Below are positions 1 through 11,200 of a DNA stretch of 64,000 nucleotides, in pieces. Every line of letters begins with the position of its first letter. The stretch's first letter is position 1. A program made the translations under genes and the position numbers. The notes under the pieces are model-generated. The model was not told where the DNA came from. It worked only from the letters and a program-made list of their open reading frames with translations, and did no database searches. This DNA is from Kiritimatiellia bacterium (lineage in GTDB: Bacteria > Verrucomicrobiota > Kiritimatiellia > RFP12 > UBA3636). The stretch is from assembly GCA_050942875.1 (NCBI GenBank), contig JBMNOD010000001.1, forward strand, positions 16,597-80,596. The letters run 5' to 3'.

Positions 1-162
1 AGGGTGTTCCCGAGAATCTGTAGGCTCCCACACGCCCGGCCTTTTGCCGGGGCCTATCTCTGAACGGCGGGCGCGGCATTGTCCGCGCCGTCGTTCTCGT
101 CCATTTTCCCGCGGCGCGGGTTTTGCGCCGAAAACCATGGAACTGCGAGGCAGTTGATAATT

Positions 163-1398
163 ATGAAGCGTACAGTCATCACCGGCATGGGCGTTGTTTC
201 CCCATTGGGCTCTGATCTCGACACGTTCTGGTCCCGTCTTGTCGCCGGCACCAACGGCGTCGGCAAGATCACGCACTTCGACGCCTCGAACTTCCCCGTC
301 CAGATCGCCGCTGAAGTGAAGGAATTCAACGTCAATGACTTCATTGATCCGAAGTCCCAGCGCCGCATGGACACGTTTACTCATTTCGCCATTGCGGCTT
401 CCGCCTTGGCCGTCAAGGATTCCGGCATCGATTTCGCCGCCAACGACCCTTACCGGTGTGGTTGCATCGTCTCCTCGGGCGTTGGCGGCATTGGCACCAC
501 GGAAGTCGAAGTTCTCCGGATGCAGGAGCGGGGTCCCACGCGCGTCTCCCCCTTTTGCATTCCACAGATCATCGTCAACATCGCTTCCGGCATGGTCGCC
601 ATTGAGCATGGGCTCAAGGGGCCGAACTTCGCTGTCGTCTCCGCCTGTGCCTCGGGTCTGCACAGCTTGGGCAGCGCCATGCGAATCATCGAGCGCGGCG
701 AGGCGGACGTCATGCTTGCCGGCGGCGCCGAAGCCGCGGTCAGCCCCGTTTCCATCGCCGGCTTCGCGGCGCTCCATGCGCTTTCCCGCCGCAACGACGA
801 CCCTGCCACGGCTTCCCGTCCGTTCGACAAGGATCGCGACGGCTTCATCATGGGCGAAGGCGGCGCCGTGCTCGTCCTTGAGGAATACGAGCACGCCCGC
901 AAGCGCGGCGCCCGCATCTACGCCGAGGTCACTGGCTTCGGTCAGACGTGCGACGCCTTCCACATGACGGCGCCGGCCGACGACGGTCAAGGCTTCACCC
1001 GCGCCATGACCAACGCCATGAAGGAGGCCGGCGTCACGGGCGATCAGGTTGACTACGTCAATGCCCACGGGACTTCCACGCCGCTGAACGACCGCATCGA
1101 GACCGCCGCGATCAAGGCCGCCTTTGGAGAAGAAGCCGCCCGGCGCGTCATGGTCTCGTCCTCGAAGTCCATGACCGGCCACATGCTCGGCGCCGCCGGC
1201 GCCATCGAGTCGGTCGTCTGCGCGCTCGCCATCCACAACGGCGTCGTGCCGCCGACGATCAACTACACCACGCCCGATCCCGACTGCGATCTCGACTACG
1301 TGCCGAACACGGCCCGCGAGGCGAAGGTCGACGTCTGCGTGAACAATTCGCTTGGCTTTGGCGGCCACAACGCGTGCGCCATCTTCAAGAGGGTCTAG
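163..1398 (+). CDS. fabF: beta-ketoacyl-ACP synthase II
   Basis: ORF 79..1398; likely start ATG 163 (MKRTVITGMGVVSPLG). KAS II motifs VVSACASG (active Cys), MTGHMLGAAG and NSLGFGGHNA are present. Confidence 0.9.
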   Translation: MKRTVITGMGVVSPLGSDLDTFWSRLVAGTNGVGKITHFDASNFPVQIAAEVKEFNVNDFIDPKSQRRMDTFTHFAIAASALAVKDSGIDFAANDPYRCGCIVSSGVGGIGTTEVEVLRMQERGPTRVSPFCIPQIIVNIASGMVAIEHGLKGPNFAVVSACASGLHSLGSAMRIIERGEADVMLAGGAEAAVSPVSIAGFAALHALSRRNDDPATASRPFDKDRDGFIMGEGGAVLVLEEYEHARKRGARIYAEVTGFGQTCDAFHMTAPADDGQGFTRAMTNAMKEAGVTGDQVDYVNAHGTSTPLNDRIETAAIKAAFGEEAARRVMVSSSKSMTGHMLGAAGAIESVVCALAIHNGVVPPTINYTTPDPDCDLDYVPNTAREAKVDVCVNNSLGFGGHNACAIFKRV

Positions 1399-1423
1399 CC
1401 GAACCCTGAACCCTAGACCCCGG

Positions 1424-2494
1424 CTAGGCGTGCGGCGACTCTGTTGCCGCGCGCCGATGGCGCAACTGCCCGCAGCTCGCGTTGACGCCGCGCCCCTTGG
1501 AGCGGCGGAGCGTGGTGTTGATGCCGCGTCGCTCCAGGAAGGCCAGGAACGCCTCGCAGTCGCGAGGATCGGGCGCTTCGCCCGAAAACTCCTTCACGGA
1601 ATTCAAGGGGATGAGGTTGACGCGGCACTTGAAGCCGCGCAGCAGCGCCACGAGCAATCGGGCATGCTCTGGGCGATCGTTGAACCCCGCCACGAGCGTG
1701 TACTCGAACGTGATGATCCGGTTCGTCTGCGCCGTGTAGTCGCGACACGCCGCGATCAGCGCATCGATGTCCCACTGCGAGGCCACGGGCATGAGCTTTT
1801 GGCGGAGCGCCTGTGTCGGGGCGTGCAGGGAGACGGACAGCTCGAACTGCGTCCCCTCCGTTGCCAGGCGTTCGACGCCAGGCACCACGCCGCAGGTGCT
1901 GATCGTGATTTTGCGGGCTCCGACGCCCAGCCCCTGCGGATCGTTCATGAGGCGCGCCGCCTTCAGCACGGCGTCGTAGTTGGCGAAAGGCTCGCCGATG
2001 CCCATGAACACGATGTTGTCCGGCCGCCGCCCGATGCGCTGCGCGGCGCGGACGACTTGCGCCACGATCTCGCCGGGGGAGAGGCTCCGCGTCACGCCGC
2101 GAAGCCCGCTTGCGCAGAATGCGCAGCGGAAGGCGCAGCCCACTTGGCTCGACACGCAGACGGTGTTGCGATCGCGTGCGGGAATGACGACGGTCTCGAT
2201 CATCTCGCCGTCGTGCAGCTTGAGCAGCAGCTTGGTCGTCGCGCCGCCTTCGGACGCCGCTTCCTGCACCTGCGCCGTGCCGTCGAGGTCGCGGAGCCGG
2301 CCGGACAGCGCCTGCCGCAACGCGGCGGGCATGTTGGTCATCTCGTCCCAGCGTTCCGCCTGGCCGCCGTACAGCCATTGCAGCGCCTGCCTGGCGCGCC
2401 ACGGCTTCTCGCCGCAGGCTTCGATCGCCGCCGCCAGTTCGTCGGGCGTCAGCGAATAGGCGGAATCCACCGGCTGGATGACGTCGGATGCCAT
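1424..2494 (-). CDS. rlmN: 23S rRNA/tRNA adenine-C2 methyltransferase, radical SAM (RlmN/Cfr family)
   Basis: 356 aa with CAFRCAFC (Cx3Cx2C) radical-SAM cluster, GIGEP and C-terminal NASCGQL, all typical of RlmN. Confidence 0.87.
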   Translation of the reverse strand: MASDVIQPVDSAYSLTPDELAAAIEACGEKPWRARQALQWLYGGQAERWDEMTNMPAALRQALSGRLRDLDGTAQVQEAASEGGATTKLLLKLHDGEMIETVVIPARDRNTVCVSSQVGCAFRCAFCASGLRGVTRSLSPGEIVAQVVRAAQRIGRRPDNIVFMGIGEPFANYDAVLKAARLMNDPQGLGVGARKITISTCGVVPGVERLATEGTQFELSVSLHAPTQALRQKLMPVASQWDIDALIAACRDYTAQTNRIITFEYTLVAGFNDRPEHARLLVALLRGFKCRVNLIPLNSVKEFSGEAPDPRDCEAFLAFLERRGINTTLRRSKGRGVNASCGQLRHRRAATESPHA

Positions 2495-2497
2495 GCC

Positions 2498-3535
2498 CTA
2501 CCGCCCCTCCTGAAAGTATTCGGCGAAGTCGCCGGCCGGGATCGCAACCCGCGCGCCTGCGTCATCGAGGGTGACGAACAGCGCGCCGATGGCCTGCCGC
2601 TTTTCGAGCAGCTCGGCGCCCGCTTCCGGCCCCAGGACGAAGCAGGCGGTCGAGAGGGCGTCCGCCTCGGCGGCGGTGCGCGCAACGACCGTCACCTGCG
2701 CCATGCCGCCGACGGGCCGCCCCGTGCGGGGGTCGAGGATGTGGGTGTAGCGGCGTCCATCCCGCTCGAAGAACTGTTCGTAGTCGCCGGAAGTCGAAAC
2801 GGCCAAGCCGTCCTTGAGCTTCAGCGTCCCCAGGGCGTTGCCGTCCAGCTCGCCTCGCGGATTCCGCACGGCGACCTTCCAATGCGAACCGTCCAAGCGC
2901 GTGCCGCCACAGCGCATGTTGCCGCCGATGTTCACGATGACGTTCGTGAATCCTGCCGCCAGCAGCCGATCGAATGCGACATCGACGGCATAGCCCTTGG
3001 CGATCGCCCCGAAATCGAGACGCATGCCGCAGTGATTGAGCCGCGCCGCGCCGTCGGCGCGGACTTCGGCTTGCGCGAAATCGCAAAGCGCCAGCGCGTC
3101 GGCGATCGACGCCTCGGACGGCGGGAATTCCTTTTTGCTGCCGCCTCGGAAAAAGCCCCACGCCTCCACCAGCGGCCCCACGGCGGGGTTGAAGGCGCCG
3201 CCGCTGGCGTCGTGGCACTGTCGCGACATCGCCATGATGGCTTGGAAATGGAACCCGGTCTGGACGAATTCGCCGCTCCCCGTCCGGGCGTTGACCCGCG
3301 AGACGTCGCTTGTCGACCGAAAGGCGGAAAGGGCGGCTTCCACGTCCTCGAAGGCTTGCCGGGCGATCGCCATCGCTTCGTCGCCATTATCGCCACGCAC
3401 GACAAGACTGCCATACGTCCCCATCGTCGGCCATTGATACTCCCGCACGGCAGGCGCATCGGCATCACGCTTGCACCCCGCTGTTGCGACGATTGCCACA
3501 GCGACGACAAGGATCGTTCGGACGCATCTCTTCAT
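2498..3535 (-). CDS. apbE: FAD:protein FMN transferase (ApbE family) lipoprotein
   Basis: ORF 2498..3613 with ApbE-like sequence. Start placed at MKRCVRTILVVAVAIVATAGC (lipobox) at 3535; the start is uncertain and could be 3577 or 3613. Confidence 0.78.
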   Translation of the reverse strand: MKRCVRTILVVAVAIVATAGCKRDADAPAVREYQWPTMGTYGSLVVRGDNGDEAMAIARQAFEDVEAALSAFRSTSDVSRVNARTGSGEFVQTGFHFQAIMAMSRQCHDASGGAFNPAVGPLVEAWGFFRGGSKKEFPPSEASIADALALCDFAQAEVRADGAARLNHCGMRLDFGAIAKGYAVDVAFDRLLAAGFTNVIVNIGGNMRCGGTRLDGSHWKVAVRNPRGELDGNALGTLKLKDGLAVSTSGDYEQFFERDGRRYTHILDPRTGRPVGGMAQVTVVARTAAEADALSTACFVLGPEAGAELLEKRQAIGALFVTLDDAGARVAIPAGDFAEYFQEGR

Positions 3536-3671
3536 CCCTTTCGGACTGTCTTCTCGCTGTTTAATCCGTTCCTTCATCTTCAACTCTACACGCCATTGCG
3601 CATTGCCTGCCATTGTCGCACAATCCCCTTGCTCGTGCGAGAAAATACGACTAAGGCAAGCTTAAGGGAAG

Positions 3672-4574
3672 TCAGTCGATGGCGTGGGGGTCGTCGCCGC
3701 CGGGTTCGTGGAGGTGGGGAGGCGGGACGATGGCGGGGTTTTTGGCGACGCGCTGGCGGACGGCTTCGTAGAGGAGGATGGTCGTGGCGGAGGCGACGTT
3801 GAGCGAGTCGCATTGGCCGAGCATGGGGATGCGGACGGGCAGGATGGCGTCGCGTTTCAGCCAGGCGTCGCTGAGGCCGTATTGCTCCGCGCCGACGACG
3901 ATGGCGGTGGGGCCGGTGAGGTCGTAGTCGGTGTAGAGCGCCGTGGCGTGCGGGGTCGCCGCGAGGATGCGGAAGCCGCGTTCCCGGAGGTAGGCGATCG
4001 CCTCGGTGGAGGTGGTGTCCACCACGGGCAGGGCGAACAGCGTGCCGATGCTGGCGCGGACGACGTTGGGATTCTGGATGTCGGTGCAGGCGTCGCAGAC
4101 GATCACCGCGGCGGCGCCGGCGGAATCGGCGGAGCGGAGGATGGTGCCGAGGTTGCCGGGCTTTTCGATCGCTTCCGCGACGATGACGAGCGCGTCCGGC
4201 GGGAGCGCGAGGTCGGCGAGGGCCGTGTGGAGCTGCGGCCCGATGGCGATCAGTCCGTCGGGACGGTCGCGCGCGGAGATTTTCTCGAAGACGGGCGGGG
4301 TGCAAATGAGGACGTCGGCGCCGACGGCTGTGCAACGTTCGACGAGCCGGGGCTCGTGCGTGCCCATGTAGAGAGCGGGGCAGACGACGATCTGCCGGGG
4401 CTTGTAGCCGTTGTCGAGCGCGCGCTTGATTTCGCGGTATCCTTCGACGAGCAGCGCGCCCGCCGCATCGCGGTGGGAGCGCTGGCGGAGCTTGGCGATT
4501 TCCTTGATCTTCGGGTTCGCCGGACTGGTGATTTCAAGTGGGGGGCGTGGGGGTGTCATTTGCGTCTTTATCAA
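3672..4574 (-). CDS. SpoU/TrmH-family RNA 2'-O-methyltransferase
   Basis: 300 aa with SPOUT-type C-terminal region (GNLGTILRSADSAG, QCDSLNVASATTILLYE). Confidence 0.78.
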   Translation of the reverse strand: MIKTQMTPPRPPLEITSPANPKIKEIAKLRQRSHRDAAGALLVEGYREIKRALDNGYKPRQIVVCPALYMGTHEPRLVERCTAVGADVLICTPPVFEKISARDRPDGLIAIGPQLHTALADLALPPDALVIVAEAIEKPGNLGTILRSADSAGAAAVIVCDACTDIQNPNVVRASIGTLFALPVVDTTSTEAIAYLRERGFRILAATPHATALYTDYDLTGPTAIVVGAEQYGLSDAWLKRDAILPVRIPMLGQCDSLNVASATTILLYEAVRQRVAKNPAIVPPPHLHEPGGDDPHAID

Positions 4575-4625
4575 AGTCGTCCGATAAGTTATACTGGACG
4601 GCTCACACTGTCAAGGAAGGACCTG

Positions 4626-5627
4626 ATGATCGTCAAGGCTTTAAAAAGGATTGTCGCGGCATTGTTCGCATTTGTTTTCGCGTCGTTGGCGCGGGGTGCC
4701 GAGGCGTCGGCGGCAGGGAACGACCCGATGGACGGGGTTGTGGATGGCGTCGCGGCATTCGTCAACGACGAGGCGGTAACGATTCGCGACGTCATGGTTG
4801 GCGTGCCGGCTCAGCTCAAGGCAATGGCCGAGCAGCCCGGGTTTTGGGACAAGACGCGAAGCGAGGCATTCGCCGCCGCTTATCAGGCTTCGCTCGACAT
4901 GGCAATCGAACGGTGTCTTGTCTTGCAGGCCTATCAGGCCGGCACGGAGCGCATTTCAGAAAAGGCCCTGGCGCAGTTTCTGCACGAAACGATCGAGTCG
5001 CGCTACGATGGCAGTGTCGCGAAGCTCCAGGAAGATCTGGCGAAGTCGCGCATGACTTACGACGACTGGAAGCGGATCATGGAGGAAAACATCGTCGTGC
5101 GCTCCATGCGTCAGTCCTTTGTTACTGGCAACGTCCATGTTTCGCCCAACGCGATTGCGGCTGAATATGAAGCTCGCAAGGAGGATCTCAAGAAGCCGGC
5201 CACGGTCAATGTGTTCGTTTTCGCCTTGCCGGACGACGATGATTTCGCGGCGGGCCATGCCGCCTTCACGAACCGCCTTGCTTCTGGCGAGGCGTTTGAA
5301 ACGCTTGCCCGAGAGCTTTCCGTGGACGTCATGGCGGATGTGGGCGGGGATTACGGTTTCATCGTCCCGGAGGTCGTGTTGGCGCCGGCTCTGGCGGAGG
5401 CCGTCAACAAACTGAAGGATGGCGAGGTGTCCGAGCCTGTTCCGCTCGGCTCCCGGCGCTATGTCCTCTTCCGGAAGGCGTCGACGCCTGAGAAAGATGC
5501 GACCCTGCGTGACGTCCGCGAGCAGATCGAGGCCGAGCTTCATGCCCAAGAAGCCGATCGCCTCTACACGCGATGGATCGCGCGGCTTCGCGAGGCGGCG
5601 GTCATCCGCACCTTCGATTTGAAGTGA
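4626..5627 (+). CDS. SurA-N-like periplasmic chaperone / putative peptidyl-prolyl isomerase
   Basis: Real start MIVKALKRIVAALFAFVFASLA (signal peptide) at ATG 4626, inside spurious ORF 3684..5627. Architecture resembles SurA/PpiD-family chaperones. Confidence 0.6.
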   Translation: MIVKALKRIVAALFAFVFASLARGAEASAAGNDPMDGVVDGVAAFVNDEAVTIRDVMVGVPAQLKAMAEQPGFWDKTRSEAFAAAYQASLDMAIERCLVLQAYQAGTERISEKALAQFLHETIESRYDGSVAKLQEDLAKSRMTYDDWKRIMEENIVVRSMRQSFVTGNVHVSPNAIAAEYEARKEDLKKPATVNVFVFALPDDDDFAAGHAAFTNRLASGEAFETLARELSVDVMADVGGDYGFIVPEVVLAPALAEAVNKLKDGEVSEPVPLGSRRYVLFRKASTPEKDATLRDVREQIEAELHAQEADRLYTRWIARLREAAVIRTFDLK

Positions 5628-5637
5628 GCGCCGGAGC

Positions 5638-6501
5638 GTGAGGCCGATGAATCTCACGAGTCCCCGGGACGTGGTGGCGCTGTTGGAATCCGGCGGCATT
5701 CGCCCCAACAAGACGCTGGGGCAGAATTTCTTGATCGACCGCAACATCCTCGATGCGATCGTCGCCGCCGCCGACCTTTCGCCCGACGATGTCGTCGTCG
5801 AAGTCGGCCCGGGGCTGGGGGCGCTCACCGAGGCGCTGATGGCGCGTTGCGCCAAGGTCGTCGCCATCGAGAAGGATGCGGGTCTCCACCAGATGCTCAA
5901 GGAGCGGTGGGGCGGCGACCCGCGCCTGGAGCTGATCCATGCGGATGCGCTCGACGTCGATCTGGCGGCTCGCTTCGCGACCGATGCGACGCGGCTCGTC
6001 TCGAACCTCCCGTATGCCGTGGGCGCGCGCGTCGTGGTGGACGCGGCGACATGCGAGGCCGCCCCGGAGACGATCGTGGTGCTGCTCCAGAAGGAGGTGG
6101 GGGGGCGGTTCATCGCCGCGCCGGGGACGCCCGATCGCGGCGCCTCCAGCATCTGGCTGCAGCAGCGCTACGACATTTCGCTCGTCAAGACCGTGAAGCC
6201 GTCGTGCTTCCATCCCCGCCCCCAGGTCGTCTCGTCGGTGGTCAAGCTCGTGCGGCATGACCGCTTTCCGCTCGATGCCGAGGCTCGTGCGGCCTTGCAG
6301 GCGCTCACGAAGACGGCGTTTTTGCATCGCCGCAAGCAGCTTGCGGCGAGCCTGCGCGACGCGCCCGGCGGGCTCGCGCGCGAGCCCGCGTTCACGCGCC
6401 GGGCGCTCGCGGCTTGCGGCGCGGCCGAGACGGCCCGCCCCGAGGAGCTTTCCGTGGAGCAGTGGATTGCGCTGTCGGCGGCTTGGCGTGCGCCGACATA
6501 G
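5638..6501 (+). CDS. rsmA: 16S rRNA (adenine1518/1519-N6)-dimethyltransferase
   Basis: KsgA hallmarks: GQNFLID, VVEVGPGLGALT SAM motif, and NLPY in LVSNLPYAV. Confidence 0.88.
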   Translation: MRPMNLTSPRDVVALLESGGIRPNKTLGQNFLIDRNILDAIVAAADLSPDDVVVEVGPGLGALTEALMARCAKVVAIEKDAGLHQMLKERWGGDPRLELIHADALDVDLAARFATDATRLVSNLPYAVGARVVVDAATCEAAPETIVVLLQKEVGGRFIAAPGTPDRGASSIWLQQRYDISLVKTVKPSCFHPRPQVVSSVVKLVRHDRFPLDAEARAALQALTKTAFLHRRKQLAASLRDAPGGLAREPAFTRRALAACGAAETARPEELSVEQWIALSAAWRAPT

Positions 6502-6620
6502 TCCAAGGGCGGGAACAATGCGCTGGACAGGCGAGGCGGCGGCAGGGTAGAATTTGGCGCAGTCGGTGCCGTTCGATGATGAAGCGTCGGGCACTTGCAT
6601 AGAATCAGGAGAATTGTAGC

Positions 6621-7505
6621 ATGAAAGTACGCAAGGCGGTGATTCCCGCCGCAGGGTTTGGGACGCGGTTTCTTCCGGCGACGAAGTCGCAGCCGAAGGA
6701 GATGCTGACGGTCGTGGACACGCCGGTGATCCAGTACGTCGTGGAGGAGGCGGTGGCCTCGGGGCTGACGGACATCCTGATCATCGTCAGCCGGGGCAAG
6801 CGCACGTTGGAGGACCATTTCGACTACAGCGTCGAGCTGGAGGCCGCGCTGGAGGCGAAGCACAAGACGGCGGAGCTGGAGCAGCTCCGCCGCATTTCGG
6901 ACATGGCCCAGATCCACTATGTGCGGCAGAAGGAGCTGCGCGGGCTGGGCGATGCGATCTTGCAGGCGCGGAACCATGTCGGCAACGAGCCTTTCGCCAT
7001 TCTGCTGGGGGATACGCTGATGCAATCCTCGACCGAGACGCCGGTGACGCGGCAGCTTCTCGATGTGTTTGAACGGCACCAAGGCGCCTGTGTGGCGCTC
7101 GAGGCGGTGTCGCAGGATCGCGTGAGCCGCTACGGGATCGTGGACGGCGCGCCGGTGGCGGACGACGTGGTGCGGATTCGCGACCTGGTGGAAAAGCCGT
7201 CGCCCGAGGAGGCGCCATCGAATCTGGCGATCGCTTCGCGCTATGTCTTGACGCCCGAGGTTTTCGACTTCCTGGCGCAGGTCCGCCCCGGCAAGAACGG
7301 GGAGATCCAGCTCACGGATGCGTTGCGCATGCTCGCCGCCGTCCAGCCGATGTTCGGGCTGAAGTTCGCGGGGCGGCGGCACGACGCGGGCAACAAGCTC
7401 GATTTCATCAAGACGAACGTCCTTTACGCGCTTCAGCGTCCGGATCTCCGCGACAAGCTTGCCGACTTCATTTTGGAGACGGCGGAGCGGCTCAGGACGA
7501 CGTGA
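6621..7505 (+). CDS. galU: UTP--glucose-1-phosphate uridylyltransferase
   Basis: N-terminus KAVIPAAGFGTRFLPATKSQPKEML and VEKP motif; 294 aa. Confidence 0.88.
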   Translation: MKVRKAVIPAAGFGTRFLPATKSQPKEMLTVVDTPVIQYVVEEAVASGLTDILIIVSRGKRTLEDHFDYSVELEAALEAKHKTAELEQLRRISDMAQIHYVRQKELRGLGDAILQARNHVGNEPFAILLGDTLMQSSTETPVTRQLLDVFERHQGACVALEAVSQDRVSRYGIVDGAPVADDVVRIRDLVEKPSPEEAPSNLAIASRYVLTPEVFDFLAQVRPGKNGEIQLTDALRMLAAVQPMFGLKFAGRRHDAGNKLDFIKTNVLYALQRPDLRDKLADFILETAERLRTT

Positions 7506-7528
7506 TATCGTCTCGGCAAGGAGGCGGG

Positions 7529-8188
7529 ATGGCAATGAAGCGAGGTCGAATCGGTTTGTTTGGCGGGAGTTTCGACCCCGTCCACAACGGCCACTTGGCG
7601 GCGGCGCGCAAGGCGCGGGAGGCCGGCGGCCTGGACGAAGTCGTCTTCATCCCCGCCGCGACGTCGCCGCTCAAGATCGGGCACATGGTTGCGTCCGATG
7701 CGGATCGCCTCGCGATGCTGCGCCTGGCGCTTGCGGGCGAGGCGGCGTTTTCGGTCTCGGATTACGAGCTTGCAAAGTCGGGCGTATCGTACACGATCGA
7801 CACGGTGCGGCATTTTACGTCGGCCTGGCCTGAGGCTCGCATCGTCCTGATTCTTGGGGCGGACTCGCTGGCGACGCTTTTTCAGTGGCGCGAGGCGCAG
7901 GCGCTCGTGGATTCCTGCGAGATTCTGACGCTGGCGCGTCCGGGGTGGCCGGTCGATCGCGTTTCGGAGTTCGATGGAAAGACGACGGCTCGGCTGCTGT
8001 CCGGCGTCGTGGCCGACTTTTCGCAACCTGTTTCGTCCTCGGAGGTTCGGCATCGTCTCGAAACAGGCCATCCGGTTGCGGGGCTTGTCCCAGCGCCTGT
8101 GGCCGATTACATTCAGGATCGCGGGCTTTACCGTCGATCATTCGACATGAAACCAGAAAAGAATTCAGAAAGCAGTTTTTCCAGTTGA
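7529..8188 (+). CDS. nadD: nicotinate-nucleotide adenylyltransferase
   Basis: GLFGGSFDPVHNGH (H/TxGH motif) and SSSEVR (ISSTxxR-like). AAGGAGG Shine-Dalgarno 5 nt before ATG 7529; the ORF track starts at GTG 7502. Confidence 0.85.
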   Translation: MAMKRGRIGLFGGSFDPVHNGHLAAARKAREAGGLDEVVFIPAATSPLKIGHMVASDADRLAMLRLALAGEAAFSVSDYELAKSGVSYTIDTVRHFTSAWPEARIVLILGADSLATLFQWREAQALVDSCEILTLARPGWPVDRVSEFDGKTTARLLSGVVADFSQPVSSSEVRHRLETGHPVAGLVPAPVADYIQDRGLYRRSFDMKPEKNSESSFSS

Positions 8189-8275
8189 GCGTCTGTGCGC
8201 AGTGTGGTAGAATTCCCGTATCAAATGAGATGTGGGGCAGGGCGATGAACGCCCGTCGAATTCAGTGGAGTCCTA

Positions 8276-11200
8276 TGATGAAAACAATCAAATCATTTTC
8301 CATGAAGTCTTTAGCATGTGCCATGGCGGCACTTGTCGCTTCGGCGACACTTGTTGGGGCGGAGTTGACCGCCCCGCAGATTGATCCGGGAAGCGGCTTT
8401 GTCGCGGCCGGACAGGGAACGGCTTGCACTGTGGACTCGCCGCCTGTGATTTCTGTGGGGGCTTCCGGGTATGACGCCGTCTGGGTCAACTTCCGGTATC
8501 AGGGTGCGACGTGGCGGCTTCCCATGACGAACGGCGTGACATCGTATTGTCTGAACATGCCGGTCATCCCTGCTGGGACGATTGAGTACCGCATCGAGGC
8601 CGGAACGGCCTTTGATCCGTATTCCTCCACGAACACCGTGGACTCCCTGCCTGTCTCCGGCTATTATAGCTACGAAAACACGGCGACGCTGAGCAACGCG
8701 CGAAAACCTAATCTGGTGACGTGGTATGACAACAAGTTTTACCCGGGAGGCTATCTCAACAATGAAGAAACTTACAGCGGTTTGATTGATAATGATTGGC
8801 GTGCTATTGAGCTTAGCATGAACCCCCATTATCTTATCTTGTCGGGCTACGAGGAATCACAAGGACAGTCTTATGTCGATCCTGCGCTTAGATCCCAGGC
8901 CTCCCTGTTGGTTGGAAGCATCTGGTTCAAAGCTCGATACAAAGGCAACGAAGGAAGCGGCACCCTCGTTATTGAGCGTTCTGCTCTTCCAAGTTTCAGG
9001 TCTTCCCACGCTGAGGTTGAGACCATCCAAGTGCCGGCGACGACGGGCTGGGTTCAGTACCGAATTGATCTAAATGACGTTTCCGGCTTCTACTACCGGG
9101 TTCGTCATCCGTCTGGTGCGGAGTATGGTGATGCAAACATCGACATCAAGGACATTGTGTTCTCTCCGCCTGTTCCCGACGTGGTGATCACGAAGTCGAT
9201 GATGGAGCACGTCCCTGGCTATCCTTCCCGCAGCGATCCGGTGACGTTCACCATTTCCGTTACCAATGTCTTCGCCGCCGTACCGGCCTTGAACATCTCC
9301 CCCAAGCTCGTCTGGCGCCTGAACAAGGGGTTGACGCCGGGTGTCTGGAACACCACGCCGATGTCGCCGATCGGCGGCGACCAATACCAGGTCACGTTGC
9401 CGCCTCTCGATCCCGGCGACTTCCAGTACTACTATCGCGCCGACTTCACCGGCTATGCCTACACGGGCAGGATTTACGGCCCCGACACCGGCTCCACGCA
9501 AGATGAAATCGTCAATCTCGACGAATTCTCCAAGTGGATCGACAACAACGACAACATTGCCGAGACGCGCTTCCCGGCCTACTATCCCGATTTCACGGAC
9601 AGCCAGCTCTACGACCTCGGCGTCGATCCCCCGGTTTGCAACAACGACGGTTCCGTGCTGGACAAGGTTTTCGAGCCTTTCAGCCATCTGGGCTTCACGG
9701 TCCGGCGTTTCCGTTCCAAGCATAATGAAGTCACGCTGAACATCCAGGACATGTCTGGCAACGGCCTGACGATTGATCCGATGTACAGCATGGAGCAGGT
9801 TGGCGACTATATTTGGCAGTCGGTGATCTACATGACGAATGCCGCTGCTGAAGGCATCAACGTCGATGTCGGCATCGCCGTGCAGGGAACCGACCGCTAC
9901 GAGGCCCCCAACACGTGGTACGAGGCCGAGCCGTACAATTGGCTTGCGATCGGGCAGGAAGACACGGCATGGAACCCGCCGATGGCAGGGGTTCTGAACG
10001 ATGACGCACCCGGCGGCACACCGCGTCTTCGCGTCCAGATCGACTACGACGGCTTCATGATGTTCCGCTTCTGCACGACAAACGGCAATTACGAGATCCG
10101 TCGCGCCGCTTGGCAGGACTTCAACACATGGCAGGCGCTGGACTCCCAGGACGCCGGATTCACCCGAAGCTTCGGTCTCTATGAGACAACGTCCTTCGAG
10201 TCCGATCTCGACGACTTCCCGGAATCGACAATGGGCTCGGCCGGCTTCACGCCCTTTGAACTCGGGACGACCGTGTCCGACGACATGCTCTTGTCAACTT
10301 ATCTCAACGGCATCACGGTCGATAAAGCCTGGGTGATTGCGGATCGCGAACGCCCGCCCATACCCATGCCTGACAGGACTGCCCCGAACCGCGCACTCAA
10401 GCTCTCGGCCCATCCGGCTCTGCTCGGCTCCATCGAGACGACGTCGAGAACTCGCACAGACGGGCGCGACACCTTGACGTTCCGCGTCCGCGCGTCGGTG
10501 GACGACGACCACCGGAGCTACTACCGCCGAGGTGATGCGTTTGAGAACTACATCTTCGAAGCCAAGGCGACGACGACGTCGATGTCCGATGGCAATGCGT
10601 CCATCTCCGTCTTCGGCTACTATCAGGATGAATTGAACTACATTGAGGGTCGTCTGACCCAGACCACGACCCTTCGTACGACTTCGCCTGACTATTACGT
10701 GTTGAGAATGGACTTGATCCACATGAAGGAAGGCCGCGAAACGTTGCTTGGAACGACGACTCATGGGAACAACATGAGGCTGACCGGCACGTGGACTCTG
10801 AAGCTGAAGGTTGTTTCCTCCGGAGGGAACCAAGGCACGGCAAGCTTCATTTTGAACAACGGGACCACAGACGTCAAGTCGATTCTTGACAAGGCTTTTA
10901 CGGTCGACTCATTGATTCCGATGGGTGGCACGGTGGGCGTGAACGCCAGCGATGCGGCCACGGCATTCGAGGTGAGCATGACCGACAGCGCCAGCCAACC
11001 TTTTTCGCCTGATATTTCCAAGTCGACGGCCCTGAACTGGTATCTGGGAGGCAGACTTGATGCCGATTCCCCCAGTCGCTGGACGTTTACGTCGCCGTCA
11101 TCGAAGGCGACACTCACCCGTGCCATCCCTGCTGTGAAGTACCGCGTCAACGTCTATCGCGACGGCACGGAAACAAACAACGTCGTGGCGCCGGTGCCCA

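Noticed and set aside
1-162. Terminator or acpP remnant upstream of fabF
   Set aside because: A short GC hairpin (CCCGGC-CTTTT-GCCGGG at ~34..52) exists but is not followed by a U-run, and no acpP-like coding sequence is visible in the 78 nt available.
1352-3802. 816-aa plus-strand ORF
   Set aside because: Antisense to rlmN and apbE, Arg/Ala-rich, no motifs; GC artefact.
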